This document shows positions 12,385 to 26,600 of a DNA stretch of 64,000 bases, piece after piece. Every line of letters starts with the position of its first letter. Position 1 is the first letter of the stretch. Below the pieces are notes generated by a model. The model was not told the origin of the DNA, ran no database searches, and saw only the letters and a list, made by a program, of their open reading frames with translations. The DNA is from Okamejei kenojei. Its lineage: Eukaryota. The translations under genes were made by a program, and so were the position numbers. Location of the stretch: contig CM069139.1 in NCBI GenBank assembly GCA_035221665.1, positions 2,790,001 to 2,854,000 of the forward strand, read 5' to 3'.

Positions 12385-15300
12385 CCCACAGGTTTGTGTG
12401 ACTCACAGGTTAGTGTTGTCCCTCAAGGTTAGTGTTAGTGTTACGACCACAGGTTAGGGTTTAGTGTTAGGACCCACAGGTTAGTGTAGAGTCACCCACA
12501 TGTTAGTGTTGGTTTAGTGTAGAACCCACAGTGAAGACCCAACCCAGTTATTTTAGTGTACCCAGTTATGTGACCACTAGATTATGTTAGACACCCACAG
12601 GTTAGTGTATACCCACAGGTTAGTGTTAGACCCACAGGTGTAAGACCCCACAGGTAGTGTAGAACCCACAGTAGTGTTATAGAGGTTTACAGTTAGTTAG
12701 ACCCACAGTTAGTGTAGACCCACAGTTAGTGTAACCCACAGTTTGTGTAGACCACCCACAGGTTGTGTTAGACCCCACAGTGTTAGTGTAACCCACAGGA
12801 TAGTGTAGAGCACAGTATGTTTAACCCACAGTTATGTAGACCCTCAGGTATAAGAGGTGGAGACCACAGGTTAGTGTAGACCCACAGTTATGTAGAACCC
12901 ACAGGTTAGGGTTAGACCCACAGGTTTCAGTGTAGCCCCTCAGTAGTGTAGGACCCACAGGTTAGTGTAGACCCACAGGTTCAGTGTTAGTAGAACGCAC
13001 AGGTTAGAGTAGACTCCACAGGTTAGTGTAGACTCCACAGGTTAGTGTAGACCCACAGTGTTAGTGTTAGTGTAGACCCACCCCCAGCGTAATTGTTAGT
13101 GTAGACCCACAGGTTAGTGTACGACACAACAGTGTTAGCGTTTGTGTTAACACCACAGGTTATACACCTACTGGTAGTGATATAGACCCCACAGGTTAGT
13201 TGTGTAGACCCACAGGTTATGTGTAGACCCACACGGTCTAGTGTTAGCCCACTGGTTAGTGTAGACCCACAGGTTAGTGTAGACCCCCACAGGTTAGGTT
13301 AGTGTTAGACCCACAGGTTACTGTTAGATGTTAGACCCATCAGGTTAGTGTAGAACCCACAGGTTTGTGTTTGACCCACATGTTAGGGTAGACCCACAGG
13401 TTAGTGGTAGACCACAGGTTAGTGTTAGACCCACAGGGTAGTTAGTGTTAGACTCCCACTGGTTTAGTGTTAGTGTTAGACCCCAAGACAGGTTAGTGTA
13501 GACCACCGTTCAGGTTAGTGTAGACCCACAGGTTAGTTAGAAAGACTGTTTAGACCCACAGGTTAGTGTAGGTACCCACAGTTAGGTTTGTGTTTACCCA
13601 CAGGTTAGTTTAGACCCACATGGTTAGTGTAGACCACAGGTTAGTGTTGGACCCACAGTTAGTGTTAGTGTTAGACCCAGGGGAGGTTTAGGTTAGTGTT
13701 AGACCCACAGGTTAGTGTAGACCCACAGGTTAGTGTTAGTTATACCCACAAGATAGGTTAGTGTAGACCCACAGGTTGAGCGTGTTAGACCCTCCCACAG
13801 GTTAGTGTTAGTGTTAGACCCCACAGGTGAGTGTAGACCCACAGGTTTATGTTAGTGTTAGACCCACAAGGTTCAGTGTTGACCACAGTGTTAGTGTTAG
13901 TGGTAGACCCCAGGTTACTGTTTAGTGTAGATCCAGGGTACTTGTTTCTGCACCCACTGTGTTCGTGTTAGTGTTAGACCCCAAGGTTTGTGTAGACCAT
14001 GTAAGTGTTAGACCCACAGGTTAAGTGTAGGGGTAGTGTTAGACCCACAGGGTTAGTGGTAGACCCACAGAGTAAGTGGTTGTCCCATCAGGTTAGTGTT
14101 AGGTTCTGTGTGAGTGTTAGACCCACAGGTTAGTGTAGACCCACAGGTTCGTTAGACCCACGGTGTAAGTGTTAGACCCACAGGTTAGTGAGTGTCTTAG
14201 ACCCACAGGTTAGACCCACAGGTTAGTGTTAGGTAGGACACAGGTAGGTGTAGACCCACAGGTTAGTGTTGACCCACAGGCTCTAGTGTTGTTAGTGTTC
14301 AGACCCACAGATTAAGGTTAGTGTAGACCACAGGCTTAGTGTTAGCCCCACAGGTTAGTTGTTAGACCCACTGGTTAGTGTTAGGGTCTAGAACCCACAC
14401 AGGTTAGTGTTAGAGTGTCTAGACCACAGGTTAGGTTATGTTAGACACCACAGGTAGTGTTAGTGTTTAGACTCACAGGTTAGTGTAGGACCCAACAGGT
14501 TATGTGTTGTTATACGCCACAGGTTAGTGTAGACCACAGGTTAGTGTGACGCCAGAGGTTTTGATGACCCACAGTTAGTGTAGACCCACAGGTAGTGTAG
14601 ACCCACAGGCTTAGTGTTAGACCCACAGGTTTAGTGGTTTGACCACAGGTTAGTGTAGACCCAACAGTGAAGACCACCAATAGATTAGAACCCAGCAGGT
14701 TAGTGTAGACCCACCAGGTTAGTGTTAAGTGTTAGACCCACAGGTATAGTGTTAAGGTTAGTAGACCCCCACAGGTTAGGTTTAGTGTAGACATCCCACA
14801 GGTTTAGTGTAGACCCACATTTGTGTTAGACTCCACAGGTTAGTGTTAACCCACAGTTTAGTGTTAGACCCACAGTTAGTGTTAAGTTAGACCCACATTA
14901 GTGTAGACCCACAGGTTAGTTCTGTAGACCCACAGGTTAGTAGACCCCTCAGCGTTTTTGTGTAGACCCACAGGTAGGTTAGTGATTAGACCCACAGGTT
15001 AGTGTTAGTGTTAGACCCACAGCGGATAGTGTACCCACAGGATTAGTGTTTGACCCACAGGTTATTGTAGGACCCACAGGGTTAGTGTAGACCCACAGGA
15101 TTAGTTTCGACCTCCACCGGTTTAGTGTTAGTCACAGGTTAGTGTCGACCCCAGGTCAGTTTAGTGTAGACCCACAGGTTAGTGTAGACCCACAGGTTAG
15201 TGTAGTGTTCGACCATCACAGGTTAGGTTTAGACCCACAGTGTTGGACCTCACAGGTTAGTGTTAGTTAGCCACAGGTTTAGTGTAGACCCACAGGTAGA

Positions 15301-16940
15301 GTTTTGGACCCACGTAGAGTGTAATCTCACCGTTAGTGTTAGACACATGTTATGTAGACCCACTGGTAGTGTTAGTGTTAGACACCCACAGGTTAGTGTT
15401 AGTGTTGGACACAGGTTTAGTGTTAGACCCACAGGTTAGTATAGAACCCACAGGTTTTATGTTAGTGTTAGACCAGGTTAGTGTTAGACCCACAGGTTGT
15501 GTTAGGTATAGACTCCAGGTTAGTGTTAGACCCACGCAGGTTAGTATAGACACAGGTTAGTGTTAGTGTTAGACCCACAGGTTAATATAGACCCACAGTA
15601 TTGGGTTAGACTCACAGGTTATAGACCCAAGGTTCGACCCCCAGGTTAGTGATGTTTAGACCCCACAGGTTAGTGTTAGACCCACTGGTTAGTGTGTAGT
15701 GTTATACCAACAGGCTAGTGTTAGACCCACAGGTTAGTGTTAGTGTTAGATAAACCACAGGTTAGTGTTAGACCACAGTGTACGGGTTAGTGTAGACTTA
15801 GAACCACAGGTAGTGTAAGACCCACAGGTTAGTGTAGTGTTAGACCTCCACAGGTTAGTGATTAAGACCCACAGGTTATATAGACCCACAGGTTAAGTGT
15901 TAGACTCCACATGAGGTTGGGGTTAGTGTTAGACCCACGGTTAGGTGTAGACCCACAGGTTAGTGTTAACCTCTTGACCCAACAGGTTAGGTTAGACCCC
16001 AACAGTTAGTGGTCAGTGTTTAGACCGCCAGGTTTAGTGGAGACCCACCCCAAGGTTATGTAGACAGTTAGACCACAGGTTAGGTGTAACAGGTTAGTGT
16101 TAGGCCAAGTGTGGACCCTCAGTTAGTGTAGGACCCACAGTTAGTGTTAGACCCCACAGGTTAGTTAACCCAACAGGTTAGTGTTAGACCCACCCCACAG
16201 GTTAGTATAGACCCACAGGTTAGTGTAGTGTTAGAACGCCAACAGGTTAGTGTTTGACTGCCCCCCGGAGCCACAGGTTAGTGTAGACCCACAGGTTTAG
16301 ACAGGTTAGTGTTAGACCACACAGGTTTAGTGGTTAGACCCACAGGTTAGTGTTGTGTATAGACCCACAGGTTATGGTTAGACCCCACATCGAATAGTGT
16401 TAGTGTTAGACCGACACAGTTAAGTGTTAACGCCCCCCCACAGTTTAGTGTTTAGAACCCCTCACAGGTATAGTGTAAGACGGCACACGGGTTTAGACCC
16501 CGATCCACATGTTAGTGTTAGTGTTAGACGGGTACACAGGTAAGTGTTTACCCCGCTCTCACAGGATAGATGTTAGACCCACAGTTTCGTGTTAAACCCA
16601 CAGGTTAGAGAGTAAGACAAGCCCGTCGCTTCACAGGTAGTGTTGACCCCCATGTTCATTGTAGACGCCCACAGTGTTAGTGTTAGGACCCACCACCACA
16701 TGTTTTAGTGTTAGACCTCTCACAGGTTAGACCCACAGTTTATGTTAGTGTTATAGACCCACAGTGTTAGACCACCACAGATTGTATAGACCCCACAGTT
16801 AGTATAGACCCACTGGTTAGTGTTAGACCCACAGGTTAGTGTTATGTTGGTAGACCCACAGGTTTAGTATCAGGTTAGTGTTAGACCCACAGGTTAGTGT
16901 TAACCCACAGTGTGAATAGACCTCCACAGGTTAACCCCAT
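12385..16940 (+). repeat. About 4.5-kb satellite, unit GACCCACAGGTTAGTGT(T)A with extra GTGTTA hexamers
   Basis: More than 200 noisy tandem copies in a TMEM63C intron. Confidence 0.95.
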
Positions 16941-17196
16941 AGTTTGTTGGCCATCTACTCCCATTTACAAACGGCAGCTTTTCCAAACACATTCCCTGAT
17001 CCAACATCCCATTGCATTTAGTCACTGGGTCCAAGCACAAATCCAGGGCAGGATCTGACCGTACTTTCATCAGTACATTGATGGAAAAGACAGGCAGAGC
17101 AAATCTCCCTCGTTACAAGTGGAAACAGGAAACATTGGGCTCAGAGTGGCCAAGTGTGAAGCTGTCCTCGTACACACTGCTGGTGTACTTGCTCAC

Positions 17197-17277
17197 CTCT
17201 CACTGTCGAGTTTCATCAGGGCACGCACATCGAAGCAGAACTGCACATCTGTCACCGTGCAGCTTGGGTAGGCCTCA
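17197..17277 (-). CDS. TMEM63C: TMEM63C coding exon 9 (intact)
   Basis: Translates EAYPSCTVTDVQFCFDVRALMKLDSER; cttgcAG acceptor and GTGAGC donor; 81 nt. Confidence 0.92.
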
Positions 17278-17354
17278 CTGCAAGACAGTGCAGGCACAGT
17301 TAGAACCACGCTGCATGTACAGTTAGAACTAGGACAGGTTCATCCGAGGAGCTC

Positions 17355-20300
17355 AACATCACACACAGCAACACAACAACACACACACAACCACAGACAA
17401 CACACAGACGCACGCCACACCACGACACAGACTGCACACCAACACACCACAACACCACACACACAGACACACACAGACACACACACACACAGGACAACTC
17501 AGCAACGAGACACACACACACCACACACACGCACCACAAGGAATACCAGAACGCACCGACACACAACTCACACACAACAGACACACACACACACACCCGC
17601 GACAACAACACCGACTGCATCCACCACACACCACAGACCACACCTCAGACCAAAGACACACACGTGCACACGCCAACACACGCACCACACAACCCACACA
17701 CAGAATAGACGTCACACCACAGACGACACTCCCACATACACACCACACACACACACACACTGAGACCAGCCACACACAGACCGCACGCACGCACACGAGA
17801 CAGATACTTGCACACACAGACACACACACGCTAGCACAACGCAGCTCAGCAACCATACCACACAACACACACGTCCCCAGACACACCAAACTACACACAC
17901 ACAAGACCAACGCGAACGCACACAACTTACAAAATACAAACACCACGCACACTACGCACACCCACAGACACACACACACACCGCAGACACACACACACAG
18001 TAACACACTACAGCTCACACACAGAAGAAACCCAAATGACAGAAACTGACACCAACAGACCTGACCAACCCAACATAAAATGCTCAACTACACGACAGAA
18101 CGCCCAGACCGCGCACACACACACAACAGACGAGACTGCACACTACAGATCACACAGACACACACAATACAGGACCACAGCGATAGACACACACACCACA
18201 CACACGACTCACACAAACACAGACAACCCACGCGCACACACAGACACCGACGCACGCGGCACAAGACACACAGACCCACACACACCCGCACAAGTAGGGC
18301 TTAGCAGACACACGTGGGCCCAGAACGTTCACCCACACAAACACACACAGACAACACACAATCACACACGACAGGAACACAATCACACCCAGGTGCGCAC
18401 ACGGACATTACACAGACAACAGAACCAAANNNNNNNNNNNNNNNNNNNNNNNNNNNNNNNNNNNNNNNNNNNNNNNNNNNNNNNNNNNNNNNNNNNNNNN
18501 NNNNNNNNNNNNNNNNNNNNNNNNNNNNNNNNNNNNNNNNNNNNNNNNNNNNNNNNNNNNNNNNNNNNNNNNNNNNNNNNNNNNNNNNNNNNNNNNNNNN
18601 NNNNNNNNNNNNNNNNNNNNNNNNCACAGGACACACACAGAACAAGAACAGACACAGAACACACACAGACACACATACACGCACACACACACGGAAGACA
18701 ACAACACACACACTAGACACAAACACAGACAACACACTACACAACACACAACGACACACTAGAAGGAACACACAAAAACACACCAGAACACACACACACA
18801 CGGAAAGACGATGAAGCCACAACGACATTCACAACGCGACACACAGACAGCACACGACCAGCAGCACCACACGCACACACACAACACACACAATAACCAC
18901 AAGGCGCCACACACCCAGACCCACACACAGACACATACACACCACCAAACCCAAACACACACAACAACAACACCACACAGACACACAAACACACAGACAC
19001 ACACCTCACAGACGTGGGGGTGGGGACACACACACAAAGGACACACACTATACTACACCACACAAGAACAGCACACACCGCGCGGTGACACTTTGAACAC
19101 AGACCACGCACGACACACAACACACACAACACAGACGCACGTGCACACACACCAAAACACAAACTCATAACCACACCACACACACAGCACCACACCACAC
19201 ACACAACATGCAGATGCAACCACAGACGCACGTCACTCCGACACTACCGCCTCACACACATACACACGCACATCACACACACACACAACACACGCATCGC
19301 ACACACACTACACACACGCGCACCTACACGACACAGACTCGTCACGACGACACGGAACGCACGCACACACACAGAACCCGCACACGAGACACACACTCAC
19401 AGAACGCACACACAAACACCCGACACACTGGACACACGCAAACGACCAGCAACGTACGACACACACAACACTCACACACTAAGTGTACACAGACACGCAC
19501 GCACTCCCACACCCTCACAGACCCAACGAGGACAGACACATACACAGACACACCTCCCAGACAAACACGACTGTCCCCAGACCCACCATAAAACCCACGC
19601 CCCAGACCCATCGCCCCGACTCCACGCCACCACAGACACACGCCCCAAACACACGCACACAGACACATGCCCAGACAACCCTCCCACAGTCCGGCATACA
19701 CACGTCCCAACACACGTCCCCAGACACAACACACACAGACTGCACAGCACACGCCAACACAGAAACCACACACAGACACAAAACCCACATTCCCCACAAC
19801 GTGCACACGCCACCACAAACACACCCACAGAAACACGCCACACAGACACACGCCCCACAACACAACCCCCATGTCAGACACACTACCACAGAAGAGCACA
19901 CACACGTCGCCACACCCCACACACACACACACACGTCCCAGACACACGCTCACAGACACCCACACGCCCAGGCAGACCACACACCTACACACACAGGACC
20001 CACGCACTACACACACACGCACACAAACACAGACACAAACACACACACACACACACACACCACACACAGAACCAACACTCACAACACAACCACTCACTGG
20101 AAGTGTTTGTGGTGAGGAATTGGCTCGTGTCTGTATTTCCTTCGGATTTGGGAGGATCATCCAATGTTCGTGCCACCTGGAGGAAGCAAAAGCCAGACAC
20201 AGCAGACCCACGCCCCAGATTACCAGCACCTGTAACTCAACAAACTAAGCCCACTGGCCCCAGACACACGTCCCCACTGACACACGCCGCCGGCCCACAG

Positions 20301-20560
20301 ACACGCTCTCCCGCAGAAACGCACAACGCCGCCCAGAACCCCACGCCCCACAGGACGCACAACGCACCCCCCACAGACACACGAGCCCCAGAACACAAAC
20401 GACCCACAGGTCCCAGACACACGTCACCCCAGACACACAAACTTCCCCCAGACACACGACCCCGAGACACACGCCCCAGACACACGCCCCAGATGCACGT
20501 CCAAGACACACGCCACCACACAAAACGCAAACGCCCCAGACAGTCCTCAACAAGCTAAAA
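17355..20560 (+). repeat. CA-rich low-complexity and minisatellite tract (includes a 195-N gap at 18430-18624 and TMEM63C exon 8)
   Basis: Units such as (CA)n and CCCAGACACACG. Confidence 0.9.
20098..20176 (-). CDS. TMEM63C: TMEM63C coding exon 8 (error-containing)
   Basis: cctccAG acceptor, VARTL-MI...PKEI..D....TKHF, GTGAGT donor. Resembles [24 protein letters not shown]. Confidence 0.8.
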
Positions 20561-21087
20561 AAACTACACGACACGAGAAAAGCCGCATTAGCCCAGACCC
20601 AACTGGGCAGAGGAGGGCGGGTGCCCAGGGAGCCATGGTCAGGGGTCATTAGTAGGGAACATCTCTACAGGGGAAGGCAGTGACCAAAGGGCACAGTCAG
20701 AGCCCAGGGTAGGAATGAGAAAGACTAACTACAAGATACGGATCTTCCAGGCGAAGGGCGAAGAAAGAAGTGTGTTTACACAGAGGTGGTGGGAGCCCGG
20801 AAGGTGCAGCCAAGGGTGGGGGTGGAGGCAGATACCAGGGTGGTGGTTTGAGGCTTTTCTATTCTTCTTTTCTATCTAGGGGTTGATTGGACATGCAGGG
20901 AGTGGAGATATGATCACGAGCAGGTAGACAGGTGATGGTCACGGGACGTTGAGAGTATCGCGGGTAGTTCGCGAGCCTGTGACTCTTGCGTGTACTGTTC
21001 CGTGTTGTATGTTTTTAATGCATGTTGCGAGCAAGTGTAGTTTGTGGTGTGGTCGGAGAGGGACCAGCCCGTCTGCTTCCCTCTCAC

Positions 21088-21203
21088 CTTCTCATTCTCT
21101 TTGTAATCGATGCTGCAGCGAGAAGGTGGCCCATACAAACCACGGTCACCACAAAGTAGAGGAGGGCAAAGATACTGATAGTGTAGCCACAGCAAGCGGT
21201 CCA
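21088..21203 (-). CDS. TMEM63C: TMEM63C coding exon 7 (error-containing)
   Basis: DRLLWLH..SIFALLYFVVTVVCM...IDYKENEK; gtcgcAG acceptor and GTGAGA donor. Confidence 0.85.
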
Positions 21204-21402
21204 CTGCGACAACACAGAGAGGTTGAGGAGAGAGAGGGGGGATGCTCAGCGCAACAGGGGCACAAGGGAGGGGGCTGGCAGTGGGGGCGGTGGTGGGGAG
21301 GGGGGGGCAGGAAGGCAGGGGAGGCAGGGGAGGGGCACTGGTGCGGGGGGGGGGGGGCGGACGTTGGACAGTCTGTCCGGACTCGGACGTTCACAAGCTC
21401 CC

Positions 21403-21459
21403 TCTGCAGGGACGTTTGGCGATGGATGTTCGTTCCGAAAAGTGCTGGGGGCTGTCCAC
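21403..21459 (-). CDS. TMEM63C: TMEM63C coding exon 6 (error-containing)
   Basis: ctccAG acceptor. DSPQHF..RTSIANVPAE is readable across indels (compare the family motif FGRTTIAN). Confidence 0.72.
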
Positions 21460-21633
21460 CTGGAGCAGGAACCATGCCGTCAGTGAGAGACCCCTCCTCT
21501 CTCAACAGAGACTCACCCACCACCCCCCCCCCCCTCCCTCCTACGCAGCCCACCCTGCCAAACCCCAACACCCACACCACCCCTCTTCCATCCCCACACC
21601 ACTATGTTGCCATGCCCCCCCCCTCCCCCTCAC

Positions 21634-21778
21634 CCAGCAAGTCCCCGGAGAAGTTGAGGGCGGGAGGAATGATGCGAGGAGAAGACACAGACCACACTCT
21701 CAACTCCCAGGATTGTGTCTCTGGAACGACAGGTAGATGATGGCGTCCAGCCCACACTTGTACTGGATCTCATCATCC
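21634..21778 (-). CDS. TMEM63C: TMEM63C coding exon 5 (frameshifted in this assembly)
   Basis: DDEIQYKCGLDAIIYLSFQRH...NFSGDLLG is readable across indels. Donor GTGAGG is intact; the acceptor reads TG, probably a base error. Confidence 0.85.
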
Positions 21779-21924
21779 CAGCAAGACAAGGGCGCCCAGG
21801 TCACTGCCACAATCACATGCCTCCAAACAGCACCACCACCCCCCCGCCTGTACCCCCACCCTCACACCCCCCGCCCGTTATTCACACCCCCCTCCCCACC
21901 ACTGTCCCAGACTTGTACAAGAAG

Positions 21925-22244
21925 GATCCCAACTTCCCTGTAACAACAAGAAGCGCCAGTAGGCTGGGTGGGCCGAGGAGCATTTTTCTCGTTCGGGAGA
22001 AGTTTCATGACCCACACCAACTCTCACGGAACTACCTGAATTTTTCACATATTGTGTAAAGATATTATATAAATCATACCTGAAACTCGTCAAGACCAAA
22101 ACATTTTTTTGAAATATGGGAAAAACTTCCAATTTTCCGAGTAGCAATTGTCCAATCAATGCACGTTTGACATTGAGGTCGGACGCAAATTGACCAATCC
22201 CGCGCTTTGTTTTATGGTCGCCAGGCAGGGAGAACTCTGGGATC
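21925..22244. mobile_element. Putative MITE
   Basis: Inverted ends GATCCCAACTTCCCTG / CAGGGAGAACTCTGGGATC. Confidence 0.45.
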
Positions 22245-23238
22245 ATGGCGGCCTCCTCATTACATCAAAACAATAGCAAGGTTTCCAAGGAATAAAGGTA
22301 ATTCTAATGCTGGGATTAGGGTCAGGGTTATGGTCAGGGTCAGGCTCTGTCGGTCGGGCTTGTCGGTAGGCCGATGGATGCTGTCGGTCCACTGGTGGGT
22401 GGTGAGTGGCCGGGCCGCCGGTGGATGGTGAGAGTGGTCGGTCGGGCTGCCACTCGGCCGGTGGGTGCTGCGAAGGGTCAATCGGGATGTCAGGCGGCCG
22501 GTGTTGCAGCGAGCGTGCAGGCGGACTGACGGAGCCGGCGCTATGGGCAGCGTGCAAGGCAGTGCTGCTCCCCACCATCATCACCACCACGATCCAGGAG
22601 GGCACGCTGGCCGAGGTGGGCTCGCTGAACGGCCACACGTACAGAGCCCGCAGCCGGTCCCAAGTCGGCTCCAGATCCAGCCGTGGGCAGCTCTGGAAGG
22701 GGGGGCGAGTTAGGGTTAGTATAGGGTTAGGCAATTTCCTCTCAGTGGAAGATGCCTTAGCGTTCCCCCAGCCTGGCACTGCCCCAGTCCCACTATGGCC
22801 ATGACCCCCACTCTGCACACTGGCAGTCAGTGGGGTTCAATAAATGGGGGAACCCAGAAGAACTTCCCTCACCCATTAATTAGGCTGGTTCAGGAGCCAG
22901 ACCTCTGCGGCAGTCTCATTCAAAAAACAAACACAATTATATTAATTACTAGACTAAGTGGGACCCGTTGGGGCCCATGTTCACACAGAAGGGCTGGTCC
23001 ACTAACGCAATATTCCACATCTCCACCAATTCCAATATTGGTGGCTAGTGGGGGGGAGGCTTTCTGGAGCATTAGTATGTGTTGTGGGCTGAAGGGACTG
23101 GCTTCCAGAGGGCTAGTATGGACATTGTGGGCAAAATGGAGTCTTTGGGTGGCAGTTCAGTCACTCAAGCCTGATGTGGTGGCAGCTCACTCACGGCTGG
23201 TGGGTTGGCAGTTGACTCACGGGTATTCCTTGATATTC

Positions 23239-23620
23239 CATTTCAAGCAGGGTGCAAGGCCACCAAACTCATGCAGTTTACGACCACTTCAAGCAGGGTG
23301 TAAGGCCATCGAATTCAAGTGCAGTTTCATACCACTTCAAGCAGGGTGCAAGGCCAATTAATTCAAGTGCAGTTTCATGCCATTTCAACCAGGGAGCAAG
23401 GCCACCAAATTCAAGTGCAGTTTCATGCCATTTCAAGCAGGGTGCAAGGCCACCAAATGCAAGTGCAGTTTATTCCCATTTCAAGCAGGGTGCAAGGCCA
23501 CCAAATTCAAGTGCAATTTCATGCCATTTCAAGCAAGGTGCAAGACCACCAAATTCTGGTGCAGTTTATTGCCATTTAAATCAGGGTGCAAGGCCACCAA
23601 ATTCAAGTGCAGTTTCATAA
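23239..23620 (+). repeat. 48-bp minisatellite (about 8 copies) inside the Helitron-like element
   Basis: Unit CATTTCAAGCAGGGTGCAAGGCCACCAAATTCAAGTGCAGTTTCATGC. Confidence 0.95.
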
Positions 23621-23624
23621 CATT

Positions 23625-26600
23625 TAGAAACATAGAAAATGGGTGCAGGAGTAGGCCATTCGGCCCTTCGAGCCTGTACCGCCATACAATATGATCATGG
23701 CTGATCATTCAACCCAGTATCCTGTACCTGCCTTCTCTCCTTACCCCCTGATCCCTTTAGCCACAAGGGCCATATCTAACTCCCCCTTAAATATAGCCAA
23801 TGAACTGGCCTCAACTACCTTCTGTGGCAGAGAATTCCACAGATTCACCACTCTCTGTGTGAATAAAGATTTTCTCACCTCGGTCCTAAAAGACTTCCCC
23901 CTTATCCTTAAACTGTTACCCCTTGTTCTGGACTTCCCCAACATCGGGAACAATCTTCCTGCAACTAGCCTGTCCAACCCCTTAAGAATTTTATAAGTCT
24001 CTATAAGATCCCCCTTCAATCTTCTAAATTTCAGCGAGTACAAGCCAAGTCTATCCAGTCTTTCTTCATATGCGTATGCGTTGGTGAGCACTTCGGGACC
24101 AGTGATCACAATACCATTAGTTTCAATATAATTATGGAGAGAGTCAGAACTGGACCTAGGGTGGAGATTTTTGATTGGAGAAAGGCTAACTTTGAGGGAA
24201 TGCGTAAGGATTTTAAAGGAGTGAATTGGGACACTTTGTTTCATGGGAAGGATGTAGAAGAGAAATGGAGGACATTTAAAGGGGAAATTGTAAGAGTACA
24301 GAATCTTTATGTCCCTGTTAGGTTGAAAGGAAATAGTAAAAATTGGAAAGAGCCATGGTTTTCAAGGGAAATTGGACACTTGTTTCGAAAAAAGAGAGAT
24401 ATCTACAATAATTATAGGAGGCATGGAGTAAATGAGGTGCTAGAGGAGTATAAAGAATGTAAAAAGAATCTAAGAAAGAAATTAGGAAGGCTAAAAGAAG
24501 ATATGAGGTTGCTTTGGCAAGAAAGGTGAAAGTAAATCCAAGGGTTTCTACAGCTATATATAATAGCAAAAGGATAACAGGGATAAAATTGGACCATTAG
24601 AGAACCAGAATGGACAGCTATCTGCAGAACCAAAAGAGATGGGGGAGATATTGAACAATTTTTATGTTCTTTGGTATTCACCAAGGAGAAGAATATTGAA
24701 ACTCTGTGAGGTAAGGGAAAAAAGTAGAGTAGCTATGGGAAACTATGAGATTCAAAGAGGAGGAAGTTACTGACACTTTTGGAAAAATATAAAAGTGGAT
24801 AAGTCTCCAGTTCCTGACAGGATATTCCCTAGGACATTGAGGGAAGTTAGTGTAGAAATAGCAGGAGCTATGACAGAAATATTTCAAATGTCATTAGAAA
24901 CGGGAATAGTGCTGGAGGATTGGCGTACTGCGCATGTTGTTCCATTGTTTAAAAAGGGTTCAAAGAATAAACCTAGCAATTATAGACCTATTAGTTTGAC
25001 GTCAGTGGTAGGGCAAATTAATGGAAAGGATACTTAGAGATAATATATATAAGCATCTGGATAAACAGGTCTGATCAGGAACAGTCAACATGGATTTGTG
25101 CCTGGAAGGTCATGTTTGACAAATCTTCCTTGAATTTTTTGAAGCGGTAATTAGGGAAATTGATGAGGGTAAAGCAGTGGATGTTGTCTATATGGATTTC
25201 AGTAAGGCCTTTGACAAGGTTCCCCATGAAAGGTTGGTTAAGAAGGTTTCAATCTTTGGGTGTAAATGGCGGAGTAGCAAGATGGATTCAACAGTGGCTG
25301 AATTGGGAGATGTCAGAGAGTAATGGTGGATGGCTGTTGTCAGGTTGGAAGCCAGTGACCAGTGGGTGCCTCAGGGATCTGTGTTGGGTCCACTGTTGTT
25401 TGTCATGTACATCAATGATCTGGATGATGGGGTGGAAAATTGGATAAGTAAGTATGCAGATGATACTAAGATAGTGTGGTGTTGTGGATAATGAAGTAGA
25501 TTTTCAAAGTCTACAGAGAGATTTGGGCCATTTGGAAAAGTGGGCTGAAAGATGGCAGATGGAGTTTAATGCTGTTAAGTGTGGAAGTGGCTACAATCTT
25601 GGCAGGACAAATCAAAAATAGGACGGTACATGGTAAATGGTAGGGAATTGAGGAATGCTGTGGAACAGAGGATCTATGGAATAACTGTGCATAGTTCCCT
25701 GAAGGTGGAATCGCATGTAATAGGGTGGTAAAGAAAGCCTTTGGTGTGCTGGCCTTATAAATCAGAGCATTGAATATAGGAGTAGTAGGGAAGTAATGTT
25801 AAAAATTGTACAAGGCATTGGTAAGACCAATTCTGGAGTATGGAGTACAATTTTGGTCCGCCTAATTGTAGGAAGGATGTCAAACAAAATAGAGAGAGTA
25901 CAGAGGAGATTTACTAGAAATGTTGCAGGGTTCCAGCAACTATGTTACAGAGAAAGGTTGAACAAGTTAGGTCTTTATGCTTTGGAGCGCAGAAGGTTAA
26001 GGGGGACTTGATTGAGGTCTTTAAAATGATGAAAGGGATAGACAGAGTTGACGTGGATAAGCTTTACCCATTGAGGGTAGGGTAGATTCAAACAAGAGGG
26101 CATGATATGAGAATTTAAGGGACAGAAGTTTAGGGGAAACGTGAGGGGAACTTCTTACTCAGAGGGTGGTGGCTGTGTGGAATGAGCTTCCAGCAGAAGT
26201 GGTGGAGGCAGGATCGATTTTAACATTTAAAAGTAAAGTGGGTAGGTATATGGACGTGAAGGGAATGGAGGGGTATGGTCTGAGTGCAGGTAGATGGGAC
26301 TAGGGGAAAACAAATGGTTGGCACGGACTGGAAGGGCCGAGAGGGCCTGTTTCCGTGCTGTAATTGTTATATGGTTATATGGTTATATGGAAGTCCTGCC
26401 ATCCCAGGAATCCGTCTGGAGAACCTTCTCTATGGCAAGAATGTCTTTCCTCGGATTAGGAGACCAAAACTGTACACAATACTCCAGGTGTGGCCTCACC
26501 AAGACCCTGTACAACTGCAGTAGAACCTCCCTGCTCCTGTACTCAAATCCTTTTGCTATGAATGCCAACATACCATTCGCTTTCTTCACTGCCTGCTGCA

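Noticed and set aside
17300-20650. Many Cys/Val or His/Thr ORFs
   Set aside because: CA-repeat translations, some running through N gaps.
7581-21778. TMEM63C as a pseudogene, because exons 5-8, 10 and 11 are frameshifted
   Set aside because: Indels affect repeats and exons alike across about 3.3-22 kb, while exons 1-4 and 9 are intact with canonical splice sites. This fits unpolished long-read sequence better than pseudogenisation.
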